Below, one piece after another: positions 45,676 through 57,580 of a stretch of 64,000 nucleotides of DNA. Origin of the DNA: Anthoceros angustus. Its lineage: Eukaryota; Plantae; Anthocerotophyta. Numbering within the stretch: position 1 is the first letter of the stretch; each line of letters starts with the position of its first letter. Under the pieces are notes generated by a model. It was given only the letters and a program-made list of their open reading frames with translations, was not told the DNA's origin and ran no database searches. The stretch is taken from NCBI GenBank assembly GCA_010909165.1, contig MU008181.1, positions 868,001-932,000 on the forward strand, in the 5' to 3' direction. The position numbers and the translations under genes were made by a program.

Positions 45676-46782
45676 TGATTCACAGTTTCATTGCACAGCA
45701 TGCAAGGCGCAGTTAGCTTTCATACGAACGAGGCTCGTCATAATAGGTGCAGATCCTTTCCCTGTCGAGTCTGACAGACATTCAACTTCAGACTGACAGC
45801 TGACAACTGTCTAGCACAGCGACCAATCAATACATCTGCTGAATGCAACATGTCCGCACGTTCCCAGTCTTTTCCTGGTTCCACCAAAGAAGTATGGTAC
45901 AAAGGTCCTACAATTGGCTACACCCAGAGTAACTCCTAGGGCATGTCCACAATGATACAGTCGCCTGCCCTGAATACTCCCATGACCGGGAGCGATACAG
46001 AGAGGATCGAATCATTTGCCACACTGAGCGATACTACTAACAAGAATCCCCCCCATCCGTATTGACAAAATTCATAACACTCCACAAAGCTACTGTTACC
46101 AGCGTCAACACTGGCGTGCGAGTGATGATTGCCGCCATCATACCATCGAACACCGTCAGCTTCTCGCACTCCTGCAGTGTCTGATGGATAGCAAAAATTC
46201 CGGCAGCAAGAACTTCGAGACAAGTGCCTGCATATGAATTCCGGATCCACCACTAACGGTAAATTCAGTCAATCTACTCCATAGCATAGTACATGCCGTC
46301 AGAACCGAACCCCGAGTGTCACCAACTGTCACTTCCAGGTTGGTTGAAGTGGTTGTCGGTGTCTCCTGAACACCCAAAACAACAAGGATAGAACTGTTAA
46401 AGGTACAACCCTTTGAGAGTGTGAAGTAGTACCGAAAGGGTTTGAGCAAGGACATCAGTATTCTCAGAATCTCTACTCGCCTTGGGAGACCTCAAGGTGC
46501 AAAAAAATCTCTCCTATGGTCCAACTCACCAGAGAGGCGACAGAAATACACCCGGGCCCACCAAATTACAGGCTTTTCTAACTGGCTACGCTGCCTTGAC
46601 TTGCTCTTTTATGTCTGGATTTTCGGCCAGCACTGTAAGGAAGTTAACAAGATGAAAAAATTAAGGCCCATCTCCCTACCAAAAAACGAAAACTTCCACC
46701 CTTCGAACGCCTCACACTCTAGAGGAACCTACAAATGTTGGAAGCTCTACGTTGGTGACCCACAGCATCAGAAACCAAAAGA

Positions 46783-49700
46783 TCACTTACGAGGGCTCCT
46801 CATTTTTGCCCGCCTTGGCATGACTTTACCATTGCCGGTACAATGCGGGCATATGTAGTCCAGCCCATCAGTTTTTGCGTAATCCTGCATGTCCGAAAAA
46901 CCCATTAAGAAAGGAGCACACAGACGGAAGACCACAATATGCAGCTAGCCACCATTGGATGTCCACTATGCCCCGACCAGCTGTATGGTCATCCACAAGG
47001 GGAAGTCACCATGGACAGCAGAACTCACTTTGAATGCCGCGAGGCCTATTCGCTTGTCACAACCTAAGTGGGCCCACTCCCCGCAGACTCCACAGTTCAC
47101 CCAGTCTCCTGCTGCACCACTGCAAGGGATTTGTCACACTGTCCACTTCAGAACTCGATTGTCCCTCAAGGACTGCAACTCTGACACGTGCAAAACTTGA
47201 AGTTCAGGACTACCTGTGACATAAGATACAGCACTCTCCATCCACGTCGCTGTGTGCAAACTCATACTCAAGTAGGTAAGTCTCGTAGTGTTTCTTTAAA
47301 GTGTTGCCCACACCCTATGTCAGGTAATCGAGTGCTGGATTGTAAGCACACTGATCTTCGTAAATGGCAAGCTTGCAAAACCCGTGCACAGGAAGCATGT
47401 TCTTACAGTCATTTTGTTGATGGTGGTATGGTTACGCATCTTCGAGAAGATCTGACCTTTCCAGTTGATACCATTGCCAACATGGAAACCACCCCTAGAC
47501 ACTACCTGCGCGACACCAATCCGGTCAAGAGTAAGTGAGTAAGCTATATTTCTCAAAGGAGCAGCCGATGCAAGTAACACTCATGTCAAGGAGTTCTGAT
47601 AGATCATTAAGCTGGCACTCACTTCCTTATACAGATTATATAAGTCGAGCTTGGCTCCATTAAGGACAGCTTCAGGGAAATTATCTGGACCACCAGGAGG
47701 CACATGCTTTGAATGGCCTCTTGATATAAGAAACTGAATGAGGTCCTGCAAGAATTCTTCCTGGTACAAGGAAACCCGTAGGGATTAGCACAGTAAAACA
47801 AAGGCTTACGGAACCTCAAGTAGAATGAGAAGAATATGCAGACCCACACAGGTTCTCACCTCGGAGCACTTATCCATGGGCCGCCGCGAACATTCATGTT
47901 GGGGCACTAGAGAGGCTGGAAAGAAGGGGCCAGGCAGTCCACCCGTAGGTTGATTGCCTTCTGACGCAGGAGTGCCGCCATTCATGTTGATGGCTGTCAG
48001 CCCAGCCCCAGTGCTAGGCCTTGATCTACTAGTACCACCATTTGCCAATGGCAGCTTCATAGACCACCCTGTTTGAGCCCCAGCAAGCACAGCTGCAGCA
48101 AATGGCATGAGTTTTCGCCGTGTTGAATGAGGGACAGGCTTCATGGCTGCAAGCAGTTGTGGTTTTTGGATCCCCAGACGGGACCCTTCCACAACTCCAT
48201 TTTTCCCTGCACGGTTTCCACAGTTCCCACTGCTCTCTTCCTTATTTCCATGCAGCAAAGCATCTTCATCATTCAACCCACCATTTGATGGACAGGGATG
48301 GTGGAGTAGTTTGCGCCTTTTTGTACTCGGCTCTGGTGGTGAAAGCCAGGAAGGTATGCTTGCTACATACTTGGATTCATGTTGGCTTGATCCCACAGAG
48401 CTGTGAGGCTTTCTGAGCAGCTTTTCAAGCCGTATGGCATCTGCTTTCTGAAAAGCAGCCACAGGTGCTCCCTCTACTCCAGCTATGCCCAATTCAGCAA
48501 ATTTTCTGTAATAGACCTCAGATGAAAGCTGTCTCAGAATCTGCAAATGCCACTTTGAGTGATCAATCTGCCATTTGTATAAATGAAGAGCTCTGCCAAA
48601 ATGAAAAAAAGCCGACAGTCTTACCTGTGCAGCCCATGCAGGTGTTGTTATTCTAAGCTCCACAACAGGCGCACCAGCCGCTACAGACAACGACCTTCGC
48701 AATCCAGTGGTGACTGGAGCAGCTTTTCCTTCATCCTTGCACTTCACGAGCTGAACTAGCTTGGTCTTTGCAGCCAGTTCCTTGCGTATAGCTGCTTCCA
48801 GAAGCTGCAAAAAGAGCCAATGTCAGATTCCACTGAGCGAGTTCCACATTGCTCAATTCGAATCATATCCAGAGAGCTTACAAGGACATGGGGTTTCACG
48901 CACCTGGTCGTCAAAACAGGTGTGCCCCCCACCAGAGACCAGCAGAGGTATCCTAGCACCACTTGTGGTGCACACATCACATCTCATCGTAACAACGCCC
49001 CGAACAAGAACTGCAGCTGCCTTTGGGGGAGGAGGAGCACTGCGAGAGGGAGACCACACTTGAACGTTAAGCTCTGAAAGGAAAACTAACAACGATGGTC
49101 ACAAACACTCGTGACAGCAATTGCTTACCTGAGACGATTCAGAAGTCGAATGGCTTTAACCTGAAAATGGGACAAACAAGATGCAGACGCAGGTTATAGG
49201 CAAGAGCCCATGGATGTAGCACTCTGGAATACCAATCAAATCTGTGGCAGTCGACTTGCGCATTTGAGACGACAAACTCAAAGAGCATATCAGGAAGCAA
49301 ACGGGTTACCTCAATTGTAATCAAACAACTCAAGCCAGCTTCAATATCTTTCAGCCTCTGTGCATCCTGCCATGTAGCAATATTGTTAGCAGAATAGGAC
49401 AAGGCACATACCACAAGTGTGCTGACTGACACCAGAGTTGATAGAGAAACTAAAACTAGACAGACAGCACAAGCTGGAAAAGATACCAGCAGCATCCGGC
49501 AACCTGTATGGCAAGATGAAAGTGCAAACAAGAAGCTGAGAGCACAAGGCACACCATCCATCTCTCTCCTACAGGCGAGGTCAATAATCGCCCCCCATGC
49601 AGCAACATTCGCCATGGCCAGCTAGAGCTATAGTTTTAGTGCGTCGCGAAACACACTAGGCTACCCACCAGCAGGCTGGCCTCCCCGCAGACAAGAATTC

Positions 49701-49827
49701 GAAGCTGGGTCTCGTCGTCATAAAAGTGCAATACCGACACATCTCCGGCATCCGCCTCGCCCTGGGTGCACTCCTTGTGCGTCTCCTCCTTGACAAAGGC
49801 GGGCTCGTAGAGAGCCGCTGACCCCAT
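46783..49827 (-). CDS. ARID4: ARID4-like protein (ARID/BRIGHT domain plus C-terminal PHD finger), multi-exon
   Basis: RGVVTMRCDVCT; ILRQLSSEVYYR; LAAMKPVPHSTRRK; EEFLQDLIQFLISRGHSKHVPPGG..FPEAVLN..LDLYNLYKE; VVSRGGFHVGNGINWKGQIFSKMRNHT; GLDYICPHC. The start (ATG 49827) and the stop (46783, overlapping a possible GTAAGT donor) are uncertain. Confidence 0.88.
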
Positions 49828-52270
49828 CGCTGCCCGGCCCACGGAGTCAGCAGCCCATCACGGCCCGGCCAACACGTTGCAGATCTGCGTGAAGCTCCAG
49901 AATCCCAGACCCGGACCCAAAATCGTACCGGGCTACAGAAGAAATCGAGGCAGGGCAGCAGGAGAGCCCACACATGTGGGGCACGCCCCGGATTGTACAG
50001 GAGCAGGGTCAAGAATCAATCTAGTCAAGAATGAGGCGGGCAAGAATGAGATGCTCAAGAAGGAAGTTTGCTGCGGCCTGCTCCTGCTGCTGGTGCAACA
50101 TGGCTGGGAAGCAGGGAAAGCAGGTGAAGCAGGTGAAGCAGGTGCCTCAGATGCATGGCAGCATGCTTGCTTGCAAGATGTGCTTCCTTGCACACAAACC
50201 CGATTGCGATAACTGTTTGATGGGATGTAACCCTAGGTTGAATGCGATGCTGGACGAATGCATCGGGAGCCCGGGTGAGGCTAGGCGAGGTTATTAATAC
50301 TCTTGTCCTGTCATGTCTCGGATGGACAGACAGTCGAGTCAAGATGGACAATTCCCAAATAGAACCGGAAAAAAATAAGCTGCTGCAATCGGACGGTTTG
50401 AATGGGACGCAATTGCTGTACTGGGCTGTGATTGGGGAATGTGCCTGTTCGAGTTCATTCAGTCCCCTGCGCTGCCCTTGCGCCCCCCTCCCTTAATTGG
50501 AATCTGGTCCTGGTTCCCATCGGGTGAGGTCAAAAAATTCCAACACACAGACCTACATGTGGTATTACATGTGTGGCCTCGGTGAAACTGTGAAGTCATT
50601 CCCCGCTCACCGTTCCCTCATACTGGCTGCCCACCATTATTCCGCTCTCCCTTTTCCGGTGATTCGCTTCTGGTGCATTCTTGTGCGCGCTCGAGGATAA
50701 CAGATCCTTCCTTCCCACCGCTCGTTAGCGCCGGCGGGCCCGCACTTCTCGTTACAGCATCTCCCCCCCCACCCCCCTCTTCCTCCTTTTAAGGAGAAAC
50801 TTTCAACACCCAGCGTTCCGATCGAGCTGTACTGCGTGCCTAGCCTAATACATACCATGCGCTTAACAAGCCATCCTTCCTTCTTTCCCTCATTCTTCGT
50901 TCTCCCTTGGCCCAGTATAATAATCCGGTGGTACCTACCTCGCCCAAATTCAATTCTGCCCACCTCGCTCTGGTGGGTAGTAACTTGGACAGTACACAGA
51001 GTCTGTAACGCTTCAATCCGCACAAGCACACGGGACGACGCCTCGGGCGCACTGCCCAGCCACGACTCGCGCATGCTTGTGACTGTGGACCGTGCTCCTC
51101 TGCTTGCAACTTCCAACCGGCGCAATTTCAAGCTCCTCGTCTTAACCCGACTTGTACGGCCTGGTCCGAACTCCTGTGGTTACCTTCACCACCCCCGTTA
51201 TGCGTGAATCACACAAGCAGCAGCTGATCTACAATCGAGGCTAGGGATTGGGTGTGTCTCTTCCGACTCAGACTGCGAGAGGAAGGTGTTTGGTGTAGCA
51301 GAATTTTAGCTGAATTCAGCTGGTTTCTGTAATTCAATTTTACAAGCTTCAAGCATATTCATATGTCCTATGTATGGGAGCTTGGTGGAGTTATATATTG
51401 GAGATTGATGGCTGATACATATCTATATAGTCTCCAAATTCACTAAAAATCAAAATCCCGCAGTGGAAATATGATTTGAAGTAATCACGCAGGGCACTAA
51501 CAATTAGTGGCCCTGCACGTTGGGGGAGACGAATGCATAAAGTCATTGTACTAAGCAAGCACCTCTGGGCCATGAAGGTGGCAATCCATCTTAGCACTGA
51601 TTCCCACTGTAGGATACTTAACTTAGGAGTTCCAACCTCCATATTTGAGCTTATAAATATAATATAATATTATTTAATTATATTGTTTAATTTAAATACT
51701 TAAAATTTATCTAGAGTAAATTATCTCCGACACGTCCCATAAAAGATGTAACGAAGATGAAACTCCTTGCTGTATTGAAAAAGATAACAAAATATTTCTC
51801 TGAAAAAATCAAAGAAAAAAACTAACGCTAAGTTTAATCTATCCGTACCATTGAACTATATTAAGTTGGGAAAGTTTTTATTCAAGGAAAGAGGAGGTGG
51901 GTGAACCAAGGCTATCATGTTAGTGCTCGTATCATAACCTAATGCAGCTCGTCTTTCCATTCTCGTATCTTCTCCTGCACCTTCGTTCGACTCGTGGGCT
52001 CGACACGGCAAAAGCGGCAGCTAGGAGCGGGAGCGCGTGGGTTGTGGTGAAGGTGCATCTCACGGTCCCGGGCTTGGAGTCGTCTCAGGATCTGATCGGG
52101 AGCGCTCGGCATCGTGTTGGAGGAGGGGTGGAGTTTCGCGAGAAGGGCGGGCGTGGGGGCAGCGTGTTGTGGTCTTACAAGGTGGTAGAGGAGAGGAGAG
52201 GAGAGGCGGGATTAGGTCGTGTTGGAGGGAACTGCAGGGTTTCAGCTGCGGGCGCCCTGCTCCGTGCACC

Positions 52271-54551
52271 ATGTCGGCCCGGATGATGCAACGAGCGCTG
52301 AGGGAGGCGGGTGTGGCATCCATGAGTCCGGTCGCCCCTGTACCGGAGGAGGAGGTGGAGGAAGAGGAGGAGGAGGATGTGACACAAGTCGTGAGGAATC
52401 CATTTGACCTCCTCGGTCTGCAGGCAAGTTTCGGCCCGCAGATCTTCGTCATGTGGTGTGGTGTGGTGTGGTGTGTGTGGATGGAAGCATCTGTGCGGAA
52501 ACCCTAGTTTCCGGGGTTTCGGAGCTTGCTAGCACATCCCTTCGAGCATGGGCTCTGCAATTGAGTCGGCATGCAGGATGTTTTGACCTTCTGGTTGTGG
52601 CCCGTCGTGTCTCAGGATGGTGACGACGTGGATGAAGTTGAGCTGCATGAAGATACCAGTGCAAGTGCAGGTCTGGCGTATGACAGGTTTCCTGTTGCCA
52701 CTCCTGCCAAGTCGAAGAAAAAGAAGAAAGGGGGCAAAAAGAAAGGCAAAGCCTCGGTCAGGGAGAAGGAACACCTTGCAGGGACATCCGAGCAGGTTAC
52801 CGAAAGCGAAAGAGGAGTTCCTGTGGCAGAGGGTGATGCGGGTAGCAGGGATGTTGAAGCCCCTTTGCCCCAGTCAAGTGGGCGAGGCTCAGTGCAGCTT
52901 TTGGCCGTGGATCCTAAATTTCTCAGGGCCGAAAATGAGCTGAGGCGGATTTTCGGGTCTAAGGTGATCAATGCAGTGGAGCGGAAAGGTGACTCTGGAG
53001 GGTACTGGCAAAGGAGATATGGTATGAGGAGAGGGAGCAGGGCTCTGAAGAAGACCCTTTTGACTCCACCTGCACCGCGCCATGAGAGTGACCTGTTGAT
53101 GGAATGTACGAGGGTCAGGGAGGGGCTTCAGTTTTTTCGGTAACTTGTCCCCGTCATGCATCAGGCTTGTTTGCACTGTGGCTATCTGATGTCTCTGCTT
53201 TCTGGAAAGCTTTGAGTGTATATCCGGGTTCACCCTCATTTCACGTTTGTAGGTATGTGTATTCTGCTAGCTACTTGGAAACTCAGAAGGCATACGAGGA
53301 GTGCGTGAAAACCCACAATCATAATAGGATTGCCCAGCTGCTTGCTCGACATCCCTACCATGTGGAGTCTTTGTTTGCAATGGCTGAGCTGCATCGGCAC
53401 ATGGGTCAGTACCAGCAAGCAGCTCAATACTTGGAGCGATGTCTCTGTGCTATGGAGTCTGCTTGGCACCCCTTATTCGATCCCACCCTGGGTACCTGCA
53501 GACTGGACTTCTCCCATGAGCCCAACAGACCCTTTTTCCTAGCACTGTTCAGGCACATGCAACATCTGGGTAGGCGGGGATGTCATCGGACAGCACTGGA
53601 GGTGTGCAAGCTCCTGCTCTCTTTGGATTCTGATGATCCCCTTGGAGCCCTCTTTTGCATAGACTATTTTGCCTTGAGAGCAGAGCAGTACGAGTGGCTT
53701 GAGGGGTTTGTTGAAGAGTATGGGACAGACAAGCCCTTATCCCTCTTCCCAAACTTTGCTCTGTCGTTGGCTATAGCCAGGTTCAGGATTGAAGAAAAGG
53801 AGAAGCGTCCTCATGCCTCTGCTCGGCGTGCTTTGGCATCAGTGACGGAAAAAGCAGGCAGGGCAAGTTCAACCTCTCTGTTGAAGCAAGCTTTGATGCT
53901 ACATCCAACCATGCTGCCAAAAATTGTTGAGAAGGCTCCCATCAAAGAGGATGCCGCGTGGCTCAAGGTTACACAGCACCCATTTTTTTCACGGGCAACT
54001 GTGGGCTCCCCAACGCTGGAACATGTGATTTCCATTTATCTTGAGCGCAATAGTGTCCTTTGGAGGGCATCTGAGGTGCAGTGGTGGCTAAAGGAGGCTG
54101 CAACTGCCGTTGTGCAAATTGTAGACGAAAATGATGGAGAAGCTGCAACCTGGGGATGCGTGCGAGATGAAGCTTTTCAAAATGTCGAAAACGAGTGAGT
54201 CAGTTTATGGCCCTTCTGCTTTTCCATTCACAGCCGCATTGAGGTTTAAGAGTAGTACGATCTTGTGTTCTGATTTTGTTTTGGCTATGCCCTCTTGATG
54301 GCCTTTGGAATGGCAGGTATGGACACCTCCTCGTCTCGGACTTCTCTGACACCGCTGCAAGTCTTCCTCCTGAGGCGCTGCAGGAAATGGGCTTTCATGA
54401 CGTTCACGAAGTGCCTGACATCGACGAGCTCAATGCGGCTTGGTTTGAAGAAGATGACGCAGATCATGAGAATGACGCCCCTGAAGCGATGCTTGAACTC
54501 GTTCTTCGGATGTTTGGAAATTTGATGATACGCAGGGGCCTGCATGGATGA
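52271..54551 (+). CDS. TCF25: Transcription factor 25 / Rqc1 homolog (ribosome quality control), 4 exons
   Basis: MSARMMQRAL..NPFDLL; VDPKFLRAENELRRIFGSKV; HPYHVESL; RRGCHRTALEVCKLLLSLDSDDPLG; FPNFALSLAIARF; NE|YGHLLVSDFSD. Introns are GT-AG. Confidence 0.93.
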
Positions 54552-55959
54552 CTCTGTTCTAACAGGGGCGGTCAACCTTCAACTGTTACTAAAGTCTTCT
54601 GGGAGCAGTCGAAACAAGGTAACTTTGGAGCAGGTTCTCGTCTCTTGGCTGCGTTCAGCGCGACCTGGCACCTTTGGCATATAGAACGGCCCGATACTTC
54701 TATGTATTTCCTGGCGCACACCCACAGTCAGCAGTCCCAGCATCCGTTTCTGCAGGAACGTGCGCGCTGCATTCCTTGTCATGAGTTTCTATCGTGGCAC
54801 TTGCCTGCGATTTTCGAACTCGGCACTGTGTTCGGTAGTATGTGCCGCGTTGTCGACCATTCTGCATACACGCCTGCTCGGTAAGGTGCGTAAATGCCCC
54901 CCAAGTTTAGGGTTTTATCTCACCTATCAGAAAATGATATGTATACATAGAAATGGTCACACACATGGGAGGGATTATCATAATATTAACAGCTTTACCA
55001 AGACCTAGAGACTTGATGGTTAACTGCAACGAGGAGGTTTTCTCTATCATCTTAACGTCCTCCTAAAGTTCCTATGATAAGAAACGAAGTGACTGATCTC
55101 CTTTAGTTAAAATGAAATAGAAAAAGAGAGTAGTTTTATCCATTATAAAAATTAATTAAAAACTTTTGACCAATATATCAGATCAAAACGTGAAAGAATC
55201 TGAACCTTAACCTGAACTAATGTAATTCAAAATTTGTGCACAATATTAAAGAACATCAGTCAAAAGACTCGAGTTAAGCATTTTGGAAAAAAGAAATCCA
55301 TGAGAAATCTAAATTTGGCTGAATTCACTTTCTGGTCCAACTATGTTACAAAATAGACCACAAACATAATGAAGTGGGAACGACGAATTGCTTACCGCAT
55401 AAATTATTATTATCTCATATTTCAAATAATTATCTAATATTGTATATTCTTAATGCATAAAAATCTATATTGTCTACCAAATCATTAGATTAGAGTTCTT
55501 AGAGCATGAAAATTCTACGTTGTCCAATCTAAGGTCTTCATACATATTTTCAAACTTTCACATGGATGTATTACCTTCCGAAATAATAAAGGATCAAAAG
55601 AGTGCGGGACAACTTGAGGTTGTTTTCGCTTTGATGAAAGATCCCTCTAGTGTCATTCCATTCAGGGTCCATGGTGTATCGTGGGTTGGGTTGACAGGTG
55701 TTGTACACTAACACTGTCGTTGTTTTATTGTCCCACGGACGATGGATGTGTGAACGGTGTGAACACGTTTTGATAAGCTGCAGACCGTCGTGACACATGT
55801 TGAACAATCGTGTCTCTTCAATAGACTCTCGTCCCTATGCGTCAAGGAGCATTACCATTATACATTTTACAATACAGAATTAAGAGATTCCAAGTGACAA
55901 ACCTACCATTATACATTTTACAATACAGAATTAAGAGATTCCAAGTGATAAACCGTCAT

Positions 55960-56580
55960 GCTCCCCATTTCGTCACAAGACGCACTTGCTGCTCCACATA
56001 TTGGTTGATAGTCTTTTATTGGCCTCTCTTGAGGGCCACCTCAAAATAGCTGGATCCGTGTGTTGCACAAAGTCCCTGTAAGCTTGGATGCCGTATGCTT
56101 TGCGTGAAATCCTAGATACGATGATGTTCGGTGACACTCCTAGCATGCACCCGCTTCATCAAATACGACGATGTGGAGAAGCCTTCCACCATCATAAGCA
56201 CCTGAATGCTGCTGGGAGACATTTGTTGCTACATCAGTCTCAGGATTTGATGCACCAGAGGGTCGAAACTGTCGAGCATGTCCTGCTTTTTAATCTCAAT
56301 CTCGTTGCAGCTCTCCCTTTTCGGCCATCCCGTGCCAGCCTTCATCACTTCATATATCGGCCTAGGCCTTGGCAGCTTGGTGAAGTCCACCGCAAACGTT
56401 AGGGTTCCATCAAAGGTGCACTTCAAATCCTCCCACTTCCACAGCAACGATGCCATAGCCAGAGGATTCTCGTTTAGATAATCATGAAACCAACCTATCT
56501 TCCTTGACAGGAAATGCATGAAATTCTTGTCCACGAATTCGAAAGACCTTCGCACATATGAACAATCCAACAGTGCTCGC
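55960..56580 (-). pseudogene. HSPA12-like (atypical Hsp70) C-terminal fragment, disrupted
   Basis: KWEDLKCTFDG...IEIKKQDMLDSFDPLVHQILRLM*...VLMMVEGFSTSSYLMKRV, then in another frame IVSRISRKAYGI..RDF..DP. This resembles the FDP.V..I..LI / LVGGF..S.YL / R.SR.TYG pattern of HSPA12-type Hsp70s. Confidence 0.6.
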
Positions 56581-56854
56581 CTTCACCTCCCGAATCTTGG
56601 TCACGGCAGCCTCGTCAGTGCCTCATTGCATCACCCAATAGTCCCCCCCATGCTCTAGACATCTGCACCTCCCAGATCTTAGCTTGGTCCCAACAACCCC
56701 ATCACTCTCCTTCACATGCACCACAATGTCCACCATCCCGTAATTCATGTCAAAGGGACGAGTTTACCTACAGCCCGGTAGGTATTATGACTGCAAATGA
56801 TGAAATTAATGACGGATGAAACCTGATAGATATGTATCATTGCATCGGAGTGTT

Positions 56855-57295
56855 GCATCGACTAGGTATTTGCATCGACTAGAGGATCGCATCGATTGTT
56901 TGCATCGACTAGAGTGATTGCATCGACTAGAGTGGTGCATCATTGGAGTATGCATCGACTAGAGTATTTGCATCGACTAGAGGGTCATGGAGTGACTGCA
57001 TCGACTAGAGTGATTGCATCGACTAGAGTGACTGCATCGACTGGAGTGACTGCATCGACTAGAGTGACTGCATCGACTCGATTGACTACATCGACTGGAG
57101 TGACTGCATTGACTAGAGTGACTGCATCGACTAGATTAACTACATCGACTAGAGTGACTGCATCGACTCGATTGACTACATCGACTGGAGTGACTGCATT
57201 GACTAGAGTGACTGCATCGACTAGATTAACTACATCGACTGGAGTGACTGCATCAACTGTACGACTGCATCGATTGTTTGCATCGACTGCATCGA
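56855..57295. repeat. 18-bp tandem minisatellite (GCATCGACTAGAGTGACT consensus), more than 20 copies with variants
   Basis: Head-to-tail repeats are directly visible. They produce stop-free frames on both strands (TRVTAS / DAVTLV). Confidence 0.97.
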
Positions 57296-57467
57296 TGTGG
57301 AGTGCCAATCCGGTGTTCATGACCCCGGCGGCTTGTTTTGGGCTGGATTTGTTTTTTTTGGGTTGTCACTTCTTAGCAGGGATAGGGCAAAGTTAGCCAA
57401 TAAGGCCATTTTTGGCCAGATTGCACTTAGTGTACAATCCCTAGACCCTCGGTCCGTTGGAGGCCGG

Positions 57468-57580
57468 AGCGGTCCGGGCGAAGTCCGACGGAGTGGTCCG
57501 GCCGGGCGAAGTCCGACGGAGTGGTCCGGCAAAGTCCGGAGTGGTCCGCCGCAAAGTCCGACGAGTGGTCCGCCGCGGCA
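57468..57580. repeat. Degenerate GC-rich repeat (AAGTCCGACGGAGTGGTCCG), about 4 copies
   Basis: Directly visible. Confidence 0.85.

Noticed and set aside
45936-46455. Minus-strand ORFs as extra ARID4 exons or a separate gene
   Set aside because: No recognisable homology. They could be 3' UTR or an alternative last exon via the GTAAGT near 46790, which cannot be decided without transcripts.
56896-57396. 166-aa and 111-aa ORFs with TRVTAS/DAVTLV repeats
   Set aside because: They are translations of the 18-bp minisatellite, with no evidence of coding selection.
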